Shown here: positions 52,450 to 64,000 of the stretch, piece after piece | How positions within the stretch are numbered: position 1 is the first letter of the stretch | How the letters are laid out: the number at the start of each line of letters is the position of its first letter | Assembly (NCBI GenBank): GCA_002633005.1 | Contig: NMRA01000547.1 | Span: forward strand, 223,559-287,558 | Source: Phoronis australis | Taxonomy: Eukaryota > Animalia > Phoronida | Length of the DNA: 64,000 nt | Direction of reading: 5' to 3' | Notes under the pieces: model-generated | What the model was told of the DNA's origin: nothing | Database searches by the model: none | Seen by the model: the letters and a program-made list of their open reading frames with translations, nothing else | Position numbers and translations under genes: made by a program

Positions 52450-53420
52450 GTCTGAAAAAAGCCTAGTTGTCGCCAAAATCAAAACCTATTAAAAAATTCA
52501 TTACAATCCATCCAGGACCTCCTGCAGAAGAAACAGAGACAAACATAAAATAGAATTGCCACTATGAGGCACAGTTATAATCTGTTGCAACATTCATAGG
52601 AATACATTTGCCATATTTCACAAAGATCCTACGAGTAATTAAGGAAATACAGCTATGGATGCAAAACTAAATTGACACAATAGAGAACATCAAAGTTGTT
52701 GGGCACCTCCGGAAATCAATGACTCATGAAGTTGTCAGTTGGAAAAATTGTGCCACATGCAGGTAGTAGGCCTATGACGTCATATCCCCTGGTGTGCGCT
52801 GTGTAAAAATGGCCAGTTTCCAATTTTGGGGACTGAACGAAGGACTGCTCGAGGAAAAAGTTTGATAAGGGGAGAATTTGTTCTAGTTGGAAGGAATTAA
52901 AGACATCAACAGCCTCCTAAGGTGTCCCTCTATGTGTCTAAGGTATCTATCTATCTCTATCAATGTGACTTTGATGATATAATCAGTGTGAGACATAATT
53001 CGCTGAAAAGCTTCCAGTTTATGAAGCTCCTATAGGAGTTCCACCATCCCTACTGGCCAGCTAGAGATGGTGGACACTGTCTAAACTTGTACATATGACC
53101 TTACAGAAATCACAATTGCACTTGCACAGATTTTGGAAATGCTTCAAGGATAGTTTTTCAAAGTCGTGGATGCTCAAGGCTGCTTTCAGATAATTGGAAG
53201 GGCGATCCATGTTTTTACTCCTTGGAATTTCAAGCTATAATAACTATACTTTTTTGTATTGAAATGAGGAATTGGGAGTTCTTACACATGGCGAAAATTG
53301 TCACAAGCGAGACTTTAATCTGGAAAGCACATGCAGTTTCCTACAGTCCATATAGTCATATAGTGAGAACACTATACAGAAGCTATCGAAACTGGCTAAC
53401 CTCTTGATATGTGGGCGCAA
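52450..53420 (-). mobile_element. Decayed HINE-like fragment (copy 9) with unrelated internal sequence
   Basis: gaattgccactatgaggcac and gccatatttcacaaagatcct..gaaatacagctatgg subunit motifs at 52450-52720; subTIR atatgtgggcgca at ~53408. Confidence 0.45.
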
Positions 53421-54460
53421 TATGATTACAACAGGCGGTTATAAAAGGTAAGCAAAGCAATCATTACAACACTCAAGAGTCAATACTCACCAAACCAGAA
53501 CTTTCCCGTACTGCCTGCGAAACTGATTCTCTTAGTTGAGCGGCCATCCCAGGCCTTATCAAACCCTTGGTGAATCTTCTATGCTCAGCCATTATATCAT
53601 AGTTTCATGAAACACATAAAATACGTAAAGTGCGGTCATGGATGTAGACGCTAGTTCATCTATGTCACGGTGAAGGAACATTTCCTTAAATTTCAGCCAT
53701 TTTAATCTGGCGGAATACTTTAATCACGCTACCTAGTGTTGAGAAACGAAAATAAAAACACCACTCCCGAGAGTAACGCCCATGATCACGAAAGACGTCG
53801 CTCTAGTCGGTTCAGTGGCGTCAGAGGGGGCGTCAGAATGCTGAATGTTGACCTACACTCTATGACAGTGCTATATCGTTTCTTATCCGCGCCAAATAAA
53901 CCGCAGAAAAACGATTCGTCATTTTTGTACCGAATTTGAATGACTTTTGTAGAAGTTCAGACTACGTTCTTTAAAATGGTAATTATAATCCTCGTAGTGG
54001 AGAAAATCTGAATTTATTGTAGACTCGTTTATGTATCACAATAAAGACTTATCTCCCTTGTCATGCATACTCGTGGAATGCCCTTTCCATGGAATCCCCG
54101 AGTAGAAACCATGGCGACGTATGCGGACGATATTGAGGAATCTTTTGTATTAATTGAAGCAATTTTAAAAGGAAAAACATCATTGAAACGATTTAGTTAT
54201 TACTAAGTGAACATAAAGCGCTCACTGTGCGATTAAAATAAAATAAAACTAGCAGAAGAAGCACAGTTGACAGATCAGCTAAATGATAGCCCGTGTGCTA
54301 TTGACGTTCCCACAATGAACTGCAATTTGTTTGCTTAAAGGCCCTGTATTTCACCAAACTTTAGTAGATCTTCCCTGCCCACCAACCACAATACCAGAAC
54401 AGCAACTTTTTTTCACGAGACGTTAGTGATGATGATACTGATGACGTTTTGTAGTATAGT

Positions 54461-54616
54461 GATATGATTAAAGGAAATTATCAAGCTGAAGTAGTGTATA
54501 CTCATCCAGAGGCTCTGACATCAACAAGTGACGGTGTGAAACGCTTGCAAAACAAGGAATTAGCTTCCAATGTGGCAATTGTGGTAATCGACGAAGGACA
54601 CATTGTGTCAGAATGA
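54461..54616 (+). pseudogene. RecQ-type SF2 helicase fragment, likely AcademH transposon remnant
   Basis: DMIKGNYQAEVVYTHPEALTS...NVAIVVIDEGHIVSE(W) corresponds to motif Ia and the DExH motif II; ends at a mutated donor tg|atgagt. Confidence 0.7.
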
Positions 54617-54651
54617 TGAGTTTAATGCAGACAAAAAACACTTTCCATAAT

Positions 54652-54690
54652 ATCAGGAAGAGATAACCCGGATGGTTATCTCTTCCTGAT
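54652..54690. repeat. Perfect 17-bp stem hairpin
   Basis: ATCAGGAAGAGATAACC-cggat-GGTTATCTCTTCCTGAT. Confidence 0.85.
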
Positions 54691-54838
54691 GTTACGGTAT
54701 TATTATTATACGCGTGTAACCCGCTGGGCCAACAACAAAAACAAGAGAGACATCTAATGTGCGTGTGGATGCGCTACATTATACTTAAACCAACGTCGGA
54801 GTTTGCCGGAAAAACTGATCGCGAGAAAGGCTCGTGTT

Positions 54839-54839
<1 letters not shown>

Positions 54840-54895
<56 letters not shown>

Positions 54896-54899
54896 GCAA
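54840..54899. repeat. (CAA)n microsatellite
   Basis: About 20 units directly upstream of the outer BEL gag ATG. Confidence 0.95.
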
Positions 54900-55280
54900 C
54901 TGAAGATGGAACAACAACTGTCGGCCATGAGAAAACAGCGCGGTGTCGCTAAAGGAGCCGTCACGAGGCTGATTAACCACGGTATCAGCCTCATGAAAAG
55001 CAAAGAAAACATTGATTCCATCATGCAGGAATTGCTGCCAGAAATAAACCAGTGTTTAGAGACTGCCCTTGAAGCACACACCGTGTACGACGAGCTACTG
55101 GAAGATGTAGAAAAGGAGGAATCAAGCGAGTACAAACAGAGACTGCTTGATTCCCCTAAAAAGTTTTTTGCTCAAGCGCAGAAATGGGTGAATGAAGAAG
55201 ACACCGATCCCAGTCATCAACTGCAACAACAACAACAACAGCAACAGACAACTGTAAGTGATTTATTTGTAAATGATATG

Positions 55281-55635
55281 TGTCACAGAATGTGTTATTG
55301 TGTTTTTGCTTCATTTAGTTTAGTCATCGCATTACATCACTTACTGTTGTTGTTTACTACCACTTTCTCCGCATGCACAAGATGAGTAATATTTCCTATT
55401 CCTAGAACTGGTTAATTCGTGTTTCTATGGTCTCTATATATATCACTTTCACTTATCTTATATTTTGAGAAGTATTATCCGTAGCTTCAGTAATATGAGT
55501 TGTTTCTCCGCATTGAGAGTTGTTCTAATCATTCGTTGACAGTCTTCAATATACTAGTCAAGACTCATCTCTTGTGTCCTTGCCTACGAACCACCTCGTA
55601 CACAACCAAACCGCATTTCCCGTGTACTCCCCACA
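55281..55635 (+). repeat. 5' LTR of inner BEL
   Basis: Direct repeat of 61040-61437, lacking a ~45-bp block present in the 3' LTR. Confidence 0.9.
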
Positions 55636-55638
55636 TTT

Positions 55639-55651
55639 TGGTGCCGTGACT
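55639..55651 (+). other. Primer binding site complementary to tRNA-His 3' end
   Basis: TGGTGCCGTGACT, 3 nt after the LTR, complementary to ...AGUCACGGCA-CCA. Confidence 0.75.
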
Positions 55652-56705
55652 GAGGATTGAAGACTGGCTGCCTCACTTCATCGTTCGACTCATACTAGGC
55701 ACCATGGACACTTCATTGAAACGCCTGAAGTCAAAACGCGCCCCACAGAAAGGCTAAGTCACTACCCTGCTCAACCACCTACACGAGCTACCGCCTTCGT
55801 CATCTGAGAGCAAACTTCTACTGGGCACCCTTAACACCAAGCTGAACACCACTCGTGAATTCAACGCTACCATCCACGACCTTATCGATGAAAACAACGC
55901 AACCGAAGAAATGTTGGCCGATGAATCCTACATAACTGAGATAGAAATGGCTATTGCTCAGCTTGAATTTCACTCCGCACTCCCGTCTCCACAACCTGCC
56001 GTGATCACCGCACCCTCATGGAAATGTACGTCTACTCAAGCTGGAACTATCTCGCTTTTCTGGCGACCGATTGGACTTCCCCGCATTCTGGGACATGTTC
56101 TCCGCCACTATTGACTTGAATCACCAGCTTCCAGTAATTCAAAAACTTCAATATTTGTTTTTGGTGATTGATGGACCTGCCAAAGAAGTTATAAATGGAC
56201 TCACCTTCACGCCAGAAAATTATATTACTGCAAAAGAATTTCTCACAGAACATTACGGTTCAGTAACTAAGCTCAAAGCCGACATCTTTCGTCCGCTCCA
56301 ATCTCTGCCACATTCATCCCAAGGAAACTTTGGACACTTTTACGCACACCTGGAAAAAGTCCTTCGCACTCTTGACTCATTCGATCCTTATGGTAACAAG
56401 GACTTTCTCGTTACAGTTTTGTTAGACAAGTTGCCAAGAGAGATACAGCGCAACATAGCACGCCACAAAAATGGAAGTTTAGAATGCGACCTTGCCACTC
56501 TGCGCGCATTTCTAAAAACTGAACGCGATATTATGGGGACAGGTAACCACCATCAGAACCAGCTGTCCGCCAGTGATTACTGTCAACGGCTGCCTTCCAA
56601 ACCGGCGCTAGACTGTACAAGACCAATCGTAAGTGCTTTTATTGTTCGGGGGACCACACACCCACTCACTGCCCAACACACATTTCTTTGATTCTCGCTT
56701 AATTA

Positions 56706-57686
56706 CAGTGGCGGATCTAGGATATCACAAGGGGGGGCAACATTTTGTCTGTAAACATTTGGTCCAAGCACGATTGTAGATGTGCATAGCACCGAATGAC
56801 GGGAGGTCGGGAGGGGGCAAACCCCCTCCCGCCCAGGAAATTTTTCTGTTTTTTCCACTAAAAATCAAGCATTTTCCTTGATTCCCGAAGTATTATCCAA
56901 GAAAAAAGGCAACAAAAAAGAAAAATACGAAGAATGTGTCAACCAGCAAAAACTGTATGTACCACGTATTCTAACTCACGACCTAGCTAGTAGAGCGCGC
57001 GTGCTTTTCCCCTGCAACACCACGATTTAACTCTTGATATGACACTAAGAGACCTACTTATTTATGGTCCACAGCGTTTGCACGCGAAAACTCGTTCTTT
57101 TTGTAATGCTTATTACATGTTTTTTGTGCAGTCAGTTCGTAACAAAATTTGTTGTATTTAAAATAGTCTTCAATTGCCCAAAAGACCAAATTCGTTTTTT
57201 GTGTTGGCAATATGATGCGATTGCTTTGGAAATCGTCTTTTAAGTTAAGGTTTGACAAAGAGAGAATTATGAGTTTCTGAGTGATTCACTCAAGTTTCGA
57301 TTAAAATTGACATCTTACCAGCAGCTTCTGTTTTTTCATCATCACTCAAATTGCAGTTTCTTTAAAAAATGTAGTAATTTTCTTCATTGCACAGTGGAGC
57401 AGACGACGGAAACGGATCCGTAGTGCCCAGCGCCACTGCCGGTCGCCTGAGATATCGCGGGAGAGCCAAAACTTAGCCATAGTTCCGTTACGATTACGCC
57501 GTGTTCTGAATTTGACATTTGAAATTGGATCTGAGCCCCCCNACATTTAAATCTTGTTCCAGCCGTATAATTTTAATTACCGGGGTTAATTAATCAATTC
57601 AACATTTCCCTACGCTCTTGCTGTTTTTTGCGGCAGCCAAGGGGGGGGGGACCGGGCCCCCTGGGCTCCCCCTAAATCCGCCTATG
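56706..57686. mobile_element. MITE (981 bp) with 5-bp TSD inserted in inner BEL gag
   Basis: CAGTGGCGGATCTAGG / CCTAAATCCGCCTATG; TSD AATTA (56701-56705 and 57687-57691); gag zinc-knuckle region resumes. Confidence 0.82.
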
Positions 57687-58732
57687 AATTATAGTTAAGA
57701 AAAGGAACGAGTGTTTCAATTGTCTAGGCAACCATAGAATAGCTGACTGTCGCTCGCGTAATACCTGTCGCCACTGCAATTCGAAACATCACACCAGCTT
57801 ATGTCGAAAGCCCAAAATAGAGACCCTTCAATAGCAAAAGTCCTCCTCGACCAGTTTGCCACCAGTGAAAAAAGCCGCTGCTGAACCCCAATCTCCGTCG
57901 ATACCTCAAACCACGAGCCTACCCCCGCCAGATAGCGTCGACACTAATGTCACGCACATCACCTCACCTAATACCATGGTGCTGTTAAAAACAGCTACGG
58001 CTCCTGTTCGCGATGAGCAATTCAACACCTGTTTGAGCAACATCTTATTTGACGAAGGGGCTCAACAATCCTTCATTACCACTTCCCTAATCTTGGCCTT
58101 CGGCCCACTCGCCAAGAGAAAATTCAAGTCACTACCTTTGGGGCCCCTCAGCAATCAGACGCAAAGACAGCCAGAATACATTACACTGGCTACAGTCTAC
58201 CAAAAAAATGCCTGTATTTGTTCAGAACCGTGGAACTGAAATTCATGCCCTGACAACTCGTGCCAAATGGATGTACTGTCCAACGGATAGTAACCCTGCA
58301 GATCTTTTAACCAGGGGCATTGTTTTTGAAACTTTGAAACGATCACGCTTATGGTGGAACGGCCCCGACTGGCTTCCCAAGCAACAATGGCCACCCCAAT
58401 TGCTATGTTTGGACACTACCCCAGATGTTCTGGTCTTACCAGTAATAAATGACCCGCGTAGCAATCAATACCCCTCAGCCAACGTTCAACCTGGTGTCAG
58501 CCAAATCATGGACATCAACAGGTTCTCTACCCTTCGCCGATTGCTTCGTGTCACCGCAGGGGTAAACAGATTTGTCAACCGGTGCAAAGACCCAACCTCA
58601 GCCGTTTCCGACACTCTAACCAACGCCAACCTATCTGACCACACCAAGTTTCCCATCCTGTTGCCATCCGCCCACAAGTTCACAGAATTGGTCATCAAAG
58701 ACGCACACGTCAGAACCCTCCACAGTGGTGTC

Positions 58733-59652
58733 TGTAATGTTCTGCGTTGGACAGACAAAATCAAAGTCCGAGTTTGACCGGATGATTTTATTTACTAATT
58801 CCACTTGGAACCTCGGTGAAAACTTTGAATCCTTGTGAGAACCGTGTGAGAACTGTAAATCTATGAAAATACACAAAATACTCTAAATACATGACAGTAT
58901 TATATAAAACCGAATCTAAATTAAATTATTAACAATAGTCAATCTAAGAAACTAGTCAAAATTACTCAAATCTAACTGAATTGGTACATGAACTTTAAAA
59001 TCACATTTTACAAACCAACATTTATCTTAAAACATATTATATCCTAGAACATTTCATAGCACATAAACTCTAATGAGACTTACAGAAATTGCTCCCTTTG
59101 ATCCACGCATGAACATCCAATTCTTGTTTTGTGTATCAGTATGATCCTTGTCAGTGACTGAATACACTCCCTGAAACTCTACAGACTCGTTGATCTGCCT
59201 AAAATACTTGATTCTCCAAAGTTACTGAGCTTCCTCGTCTTCTCCTAACTTTTTCTTTTGAGAATGACGCTTATGTTTGCTCCAGAAATATTTATACTCT
59301 AAGATATGACTAAACATCACATGGACACTGGTCAAGGCATAAGTACATCGGTGTGGGTGTTTCTTAGAATCAGCCCACCTAAAGTTGACCACTCCAAAAC
59401 ATATTTTGATGATCATATCCTGTTTGTCAGAACTGCACTGAGAACTTAGCAGAACTAAAGCTTTTCTAAAGAAATTGCGCAATACTCAAGTTTGCCACAA
59501 CAAGTTGTTTACAATAACAAGTCCTGTTCTAAAATATTGGTGACTTTCAAAATAGTTAACTGATATTAATTAACACATTTGTTCATAAATTTAATCATCG
59601 ATTTATGATAAATCGTTACATAATTCTAACATTTTTCATCAAAAATGTTACA
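58733..59652 (-). mobile_element. Solo LTR (920 bp) inserted in inner BEL integrase
   Basis: TGTAA...TTACA; perfect 5-bp TSD GTGTC (58728-58732 and 59653-59657); integrase HSGV..LRQHYWIP resumes; orientation inferred from minus-strand TATAAAT and AATAAA. Confidence 0.8.
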
Positions 59653-59735
59653 GTGTCAACATGATGACCAGCACATAGTTACGTCAGCACTACTGGATTC
59701 CAAGAATCCGCCAACGCGTAAAAGCTGTCATCCAG

Positions 59736-60512
59736 TTGTGTGTACCATGTCGCAGTGTGACTGGTCAACCGTATCCTCTACCAGCCACACCCCCACTGCC
59801 TGCTGACCGCGTGCGAGATGCACAACCCTTTGAGATCACATGTGTCGATTACACTGGCCATCTGTTCGTCAAGAACCCTTCTGACAGCAACAACACAGCC
59901 TACGTATGTTTGTTTACGTGTGCAATTACTCGAGCGATGGTCTCTGACTTAACTGTCACATCATTTATTCAAGCCTTTCGTCGCCTTGCCAGCCGACGCT
60001 CCTTGCCACGTGTTATGATTTCTGACAATGTCACAAATTTTGTTGGTGCTCCAGCAGACGTCAATGAATTGATCAAATCTGCTAAGATTCATAACTTCCT
60101 CGCAGATCAACACGTTACATGGAATTTCATTCCACGCCGCGCTCCATGGTTCGGTGGTTTTTGGGAACGTCTTGTTGGACTTACCAAGACCTGCTTAAAA
60201 AGGGTCCTCAGTCGGTCGCAGGTGCCATTTGATGAACTTTGTACGATTCTCACTGAATGTGAATGTATCCTAAATGACCGCCCCCTCACATTTGTATCCG
60301 GCTCTGACGATGAACCTGAACCGCTATCTTCATCTCACATATTATACGGACGTAGACTCTCAGGCTTTCCCTTCCGCGACGTACAAAATGACGAAATTAT
60401 TGACCCCAATTTCGACGCGACTACTGTACAATTGCAGTATACAAGGCGATCTGCTCTAATCAGTCATTTCTTTCGCCGTTGGCAACACGAATATTTAACT
60501 ACGCCATCGTGA
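59736..60512 (+). pseudogene. BEL integrase core
   Basis: CxxC, PLPADRV, VDYTGHL, FTCAITRA, FRRLASRR, SDN, APWFGGFWERLV, EC.LNDRPL. Confidence 0.9.
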
Positions 60513-61039
60513 AAGACAACAACTCGTAACCCGACGTAACCATACTTCACCCATCAACATCAGCGACGTTGTTTTGGTTCACGACGACAAGCCACGTGTT
60601 CTATGGAAAATGGCTACAGTGGAGCGACTCAAATTACGGGCATGATGGATTCATTCGCTCTGCCGACATTCGTCCTCAATCTGGCAGAACCAACCGTCCC
60701 GTGACAAAGCTCTACCCACTTGAAACAAGTGTAGACTCCGTTCAGAATCCGTCATCCACCGACACTACAAATATTCCATTTAATTCGGCCTCAACATCGC
60801 ATCCTCCACGACCACAAAGACGGGCAGCTCTCCAAGCTCGTCACAATATACGACGTTGGACAACAGATTGATTCGACCACGTTATTGTATAGTTTTTAAT
60901 ACGTCCCCCTTTTTCACATGTTGATAGTACCAATTTCTTATTCTAGCATATTTCTCGTGTTAATTTTTATCATTGTTCATTGTACATGTATTTGAGTTCC
61001 AGTTGGTTTTAATTCCTCAACTATTGCGTGGTGGGAGGA

Positions 61040-61437
61040 TGTCGCAGAATGTGTTATTGTGGTTTTGCTTCATTTAGTTTAGTCATCGTATTACATCACT
61101 TACTGTTGTTGTTTACTACCACTTTCTCCACTTGCAGAAGATGAGTAATACTTCCTATTTCTAGAACTGTTTATTTGTCAGCATAGTGCATCCTTTATTT
61201 GTTCATTTATTTCATTGGTTAATTCGTGTTTCTATGGTCTCTATATATATCACTTTCACCTATATTTTGAGAAATATTATCCGTAGCTTCATAAGTATGA
61301 GTTGTTTCTCCGCATTGAGAATTGTTCTCATCATTCGTTTACAGTCTTCAATATACTAGTCAAGACTCATCTCTTGTGTTCTGTTCTACGAACCACCTCG
61401 GACACAGCCAAACCGCATTTCCCGTGTACTCCCCACA
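61040..61437 (+). repeat. 3' LTR of inner BEL
   Basis: Direct repeat of 55281-55635, preceded by purine-rich gtggtgggagga. Confidence 0.9.
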
Positions 61438-63807
61438 CTATGCAGATGTTTATTGAACAGAACCGTTCTATTGTGAGCAGTTTAACTGCTCCTCGAGTTG
61501 AAATTCTGAGTTTTAATGGTGACCCATTGAAATTCTACCCATTCACGCGTTCCTTTGATAATGCAATGGAAAGTAAATCCCTGGATGATTCTACAAATTA
61601 AATTGCCTGATCCAAAATTGTAGTGGTCAGCCTTGAGACCTTCTGGAATGCTGCCTTGTAAAGGAGTCTTCTGAAGGATACATGCTAGCTCGAAAATTAC
61701 TAATACAAAGATTTGGAAATGAAGAAATAATTTCACAAGCATAGATGAATAAAGTGTTGAAACACCAAAAAATAAGTAACGTTGAGCAGTTACGCCGTTT
61801 TCCTGATGATCTACGTACTTGTAGAGAAACATTGTCGGCACTCAGTTATCTATATGAACTCGAGACTAGGTCGAGTTTGAGGTTTATTGTAGAAAAGTTG
61901 CCTGATCATGTGCAAAATAGGTGGAAGAGAAAAAATGCGGACCTAAAAGAAAAGCAAAACCATGTAGGTTTAAGTGATGTGATAACATTTATCGACAGTA
62001 TCGTGGACGAGGAATGCAATCCCTTTTTGGAAGCATTTCAAAATTCCCAACTACTCAGGCATCACATATGCCATCACAACAATAACAACAAATGCCAAGC
62101 CCAAGACCAACAATGCGTCAGGGCGCAACAATAACCAATGTCACATGTGTGACAAACCGGGCCACTATTTGAATCAGTGTGACAACTTCAGGGCCATGTC
62201 AGTAAAGGACAGATGGCAATTCGTGATATCAAAAAAAAACTATGCATAAATTGTTTTCAGCATGGCCATTTTGCTAAAGAATGCAAGAAAAGTTGGTCTT
62301 GCAATATTGCTGGCTGCAATGAATAACTTAACAGATGGTTGCATCAAGCGCAACCCTCTGAGTCTAGCTCAGCTACGCCAGCAAATCACTGTACCTCATG
62401 AAGCCCAGTCAAATGCAATGTGTGCATTTGTCAAATCCGAAGGCTGCACAATTGGTTTGCCTATTGTGCCAGTCGTTCTTCAAGATTCAACCCACAAATC
62501 TCAAGTACTAACTTATGCTTTGTTAGACAGATGCTCTAATTCAACCATGTGCACAGACATATTACGCAACCAGCTTAGTCTGTCTGGCCAGAAAGAATAC
62601 ATAGACTTAACAACATTACACGGTGATCGTATGACTGAAGAAGTGACAGTTGTTGACATTGAGGTTGCTGCCCTCAATGGCAACAGGAATCACATGTTGA
62701 AGGGTGTGATGTCCCGATACAGCCTAAATGTGAACATGTGTAATCGTTTTACCCCTGCAGATATCAAGCGTATGTCACATTTGAAAGGCATCCACCTGGC
62801 GGACGCTGATGTGTCACAAGTGGATATTAAAATCGGCGTGGACCATGCCCACTTGTGAGCTGATTTAGAGATACGGGCTGGAAAGGAAGGTGAACCCTTC
62901 GCAGCCAGGACACCATTGAGTTGGACAATCTATGGTCCAACTGGTCCTGTCAAGCGACAAAAACAACGAACCATTTACTACACTGCCTTGGAAAGGCAAG
63001 TTGAAAAATTTTGCAAGCTAGATGACCCTTTGTATGAAAAAAAATCAACAATGTCTTTGAATGATAAGGGTTTCATTGCTCTCTGGGAGTCATCTAGCCA
63101 ATGTCAAGGCAATCAGATGTCATTACCTATACCATTCAAAGAGAATCCTCCTAAAATGCCCAACAACTATCCAATGGCGAAGCACCAGATTGAACTGCTT
63201 CGAAAACGGATATGCAAAAACAATGAGCTTCGACAAAAATATTTTTAGAGGTTCCATGAATCTGTAAAAAAGGGTTATGTGGAAGAGGTTCCCCCCGAAA
63301 AGATGTCGTTTGACAAAGAGAAATCTGTATGGTACTTGCCACATCATCCAGTGACTCACCCTCGCAAGCCAGGGAAAGTGAGAATAGTGTACGACTGTTC
63401 CGCCAAGTATTCAGGGATGTCCTTAAATGATGCTGTGCATCAGCGCCCTGACTTAATGAACAATCTTGTTGGAGTCTTGCTGAAATTTCGAATGGAACCC
63501 ATAGCGTTTATGGGAGACATAGAAACCATGTATATGCAACTAAAGGTGCATAAAGAGGATCGTGATTGCCTAAGATTTCTCTGGTGGAAAGATGATGACA
63601 TCACAAAACCACCTAGCGTGTTTCCAATGACCTCTCATTTGTTTGGTGAAATTTGGAGCCCAAGTTGTGCTCACTTTGCCTTACAAAACCAGAAATAATC
63701 AAGATGGCTAAAACTCAGAAACAATAAAAACAATTAACAAAAACTTTTAAGAAGATGACTGTTTGAAGTCAGATGCTTCAGTTGGAGAAGCAGTAAATAT
63801 GACTAAG

Positions 63808-64000
63808 CACTGGCCTCCACTGGCCTCCACTGGCCTCCACTAGCCTCCACTGGATTCTACTGGCCTCCACTGGCCTCCACTGGCCTCCACTGGCTTCCAT
63901 CTGCCTCCTCCGGCTTCCACTGACCTCCATTGTATTCCACTGCTCTCCACTGGCATCCACTGGTCTCCACCGGCCTCCACTGCCCTCCACTTGCCTCCAC
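63808..64000. repeat. 10-bp tandem repeat (CACTGGCCTC)n running off the window
   Basis: About 19 units, degenerating toward the window end; interrupts the outer BEL RT. Confidence 0.92.

Larger units (their letters stand above)
55281..61437 (+). mobile_element. Inner BEL/Pao LTR retrotransposon with both LTRs, internally deleted
   Basis: LTRs 55281-55635 and 61040-61437 (TGTC..CACA); TSD atatg/ctatg; PBS TGGTGCCGTGACT at 55639; PPT ~61028-61039; gag (FWDMF..QKLQYL), CCHC knuckles, protease LFDEGAQQSFIT, RNaseH end NPADLLTRG..WWNGPDWL, integrase 59736-60512 (VDYTG, SDN, PWFGGFWERLV, LNDRPL). Confidence 0.92.
54715..63807 (+). mobile_element. Outer BEL/Pao LTR retrotransposon (degenerate), interrupted in gag by the inner BEL
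   Basis: gag N-terminus MEQQLSAMRKQRGVAKGAVTR from 54906 resumes at 61438 (APRVEILSFNGDPLKFYPF, DUF1759-like); CCHC knuckles ~62140-62340; protease YALLDRCS; [36 protein letters not shown]; many stops and frameshifts; 5' LTR boundary uncertain. Confidence 0.85.

Noticed and set aside
54774-55135. Poly-Leu, poly-Cys and poly-Gln ORFs
   Set aside because: Frames of the (CAA)n microsatellite; only the + frame from 54906 is BEL gag
63778-63990. 70-aa ORF with EASGGQWRPV repeats
   Set aside because: Translation of the 10-bp tandem repeat
1-64000. tRNA or rRNA genes
   Set aside because: None recognised; the only tRNA-related sequence is the 13-nt PBS at 55639

Overview
AT-rich animal (bilaterian invertebrate-type) genomic DNA; most of the supplied short ORFs are spurious. 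Twelve GT-AG exons of a DOCK-D/zizimin gene (DOCK9/10/11-like Cdc42 GEF) lie on the minus strand between 33680 and 3048. They splice in frame to 1613 nt covering the N-terminal domain, PH domain and following region; the first exon and the 3' part of the gene were not found in the window. The introns are packed with transposons. About nine same-orientation copies of a DINE-1/HINE-like non-autonomous Helentron carry a central ~450-bp three-subunit tandem repeat, with a CTCF-consensus-like motif (CCACTAGRKGGCRC) every ~145-161 bp. Also present: several CAG-ended DNA elements with 5-6 bp TSDs, Kolobok derivatives with THAP/KolX stubs, TA-flanked pogo-like elements, a solo LTR with a perfect heat-shock element, and Penelope, CR1/L2 and AcademH (RecQ) remnants. 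From ~54.7 kb a BEL/Pao retrotransposon contains a second BEL element, which itself holds a MITE and a solo LTR. Coordinates were read by eye; all family assignments rest on recalled motifs, not database searches.
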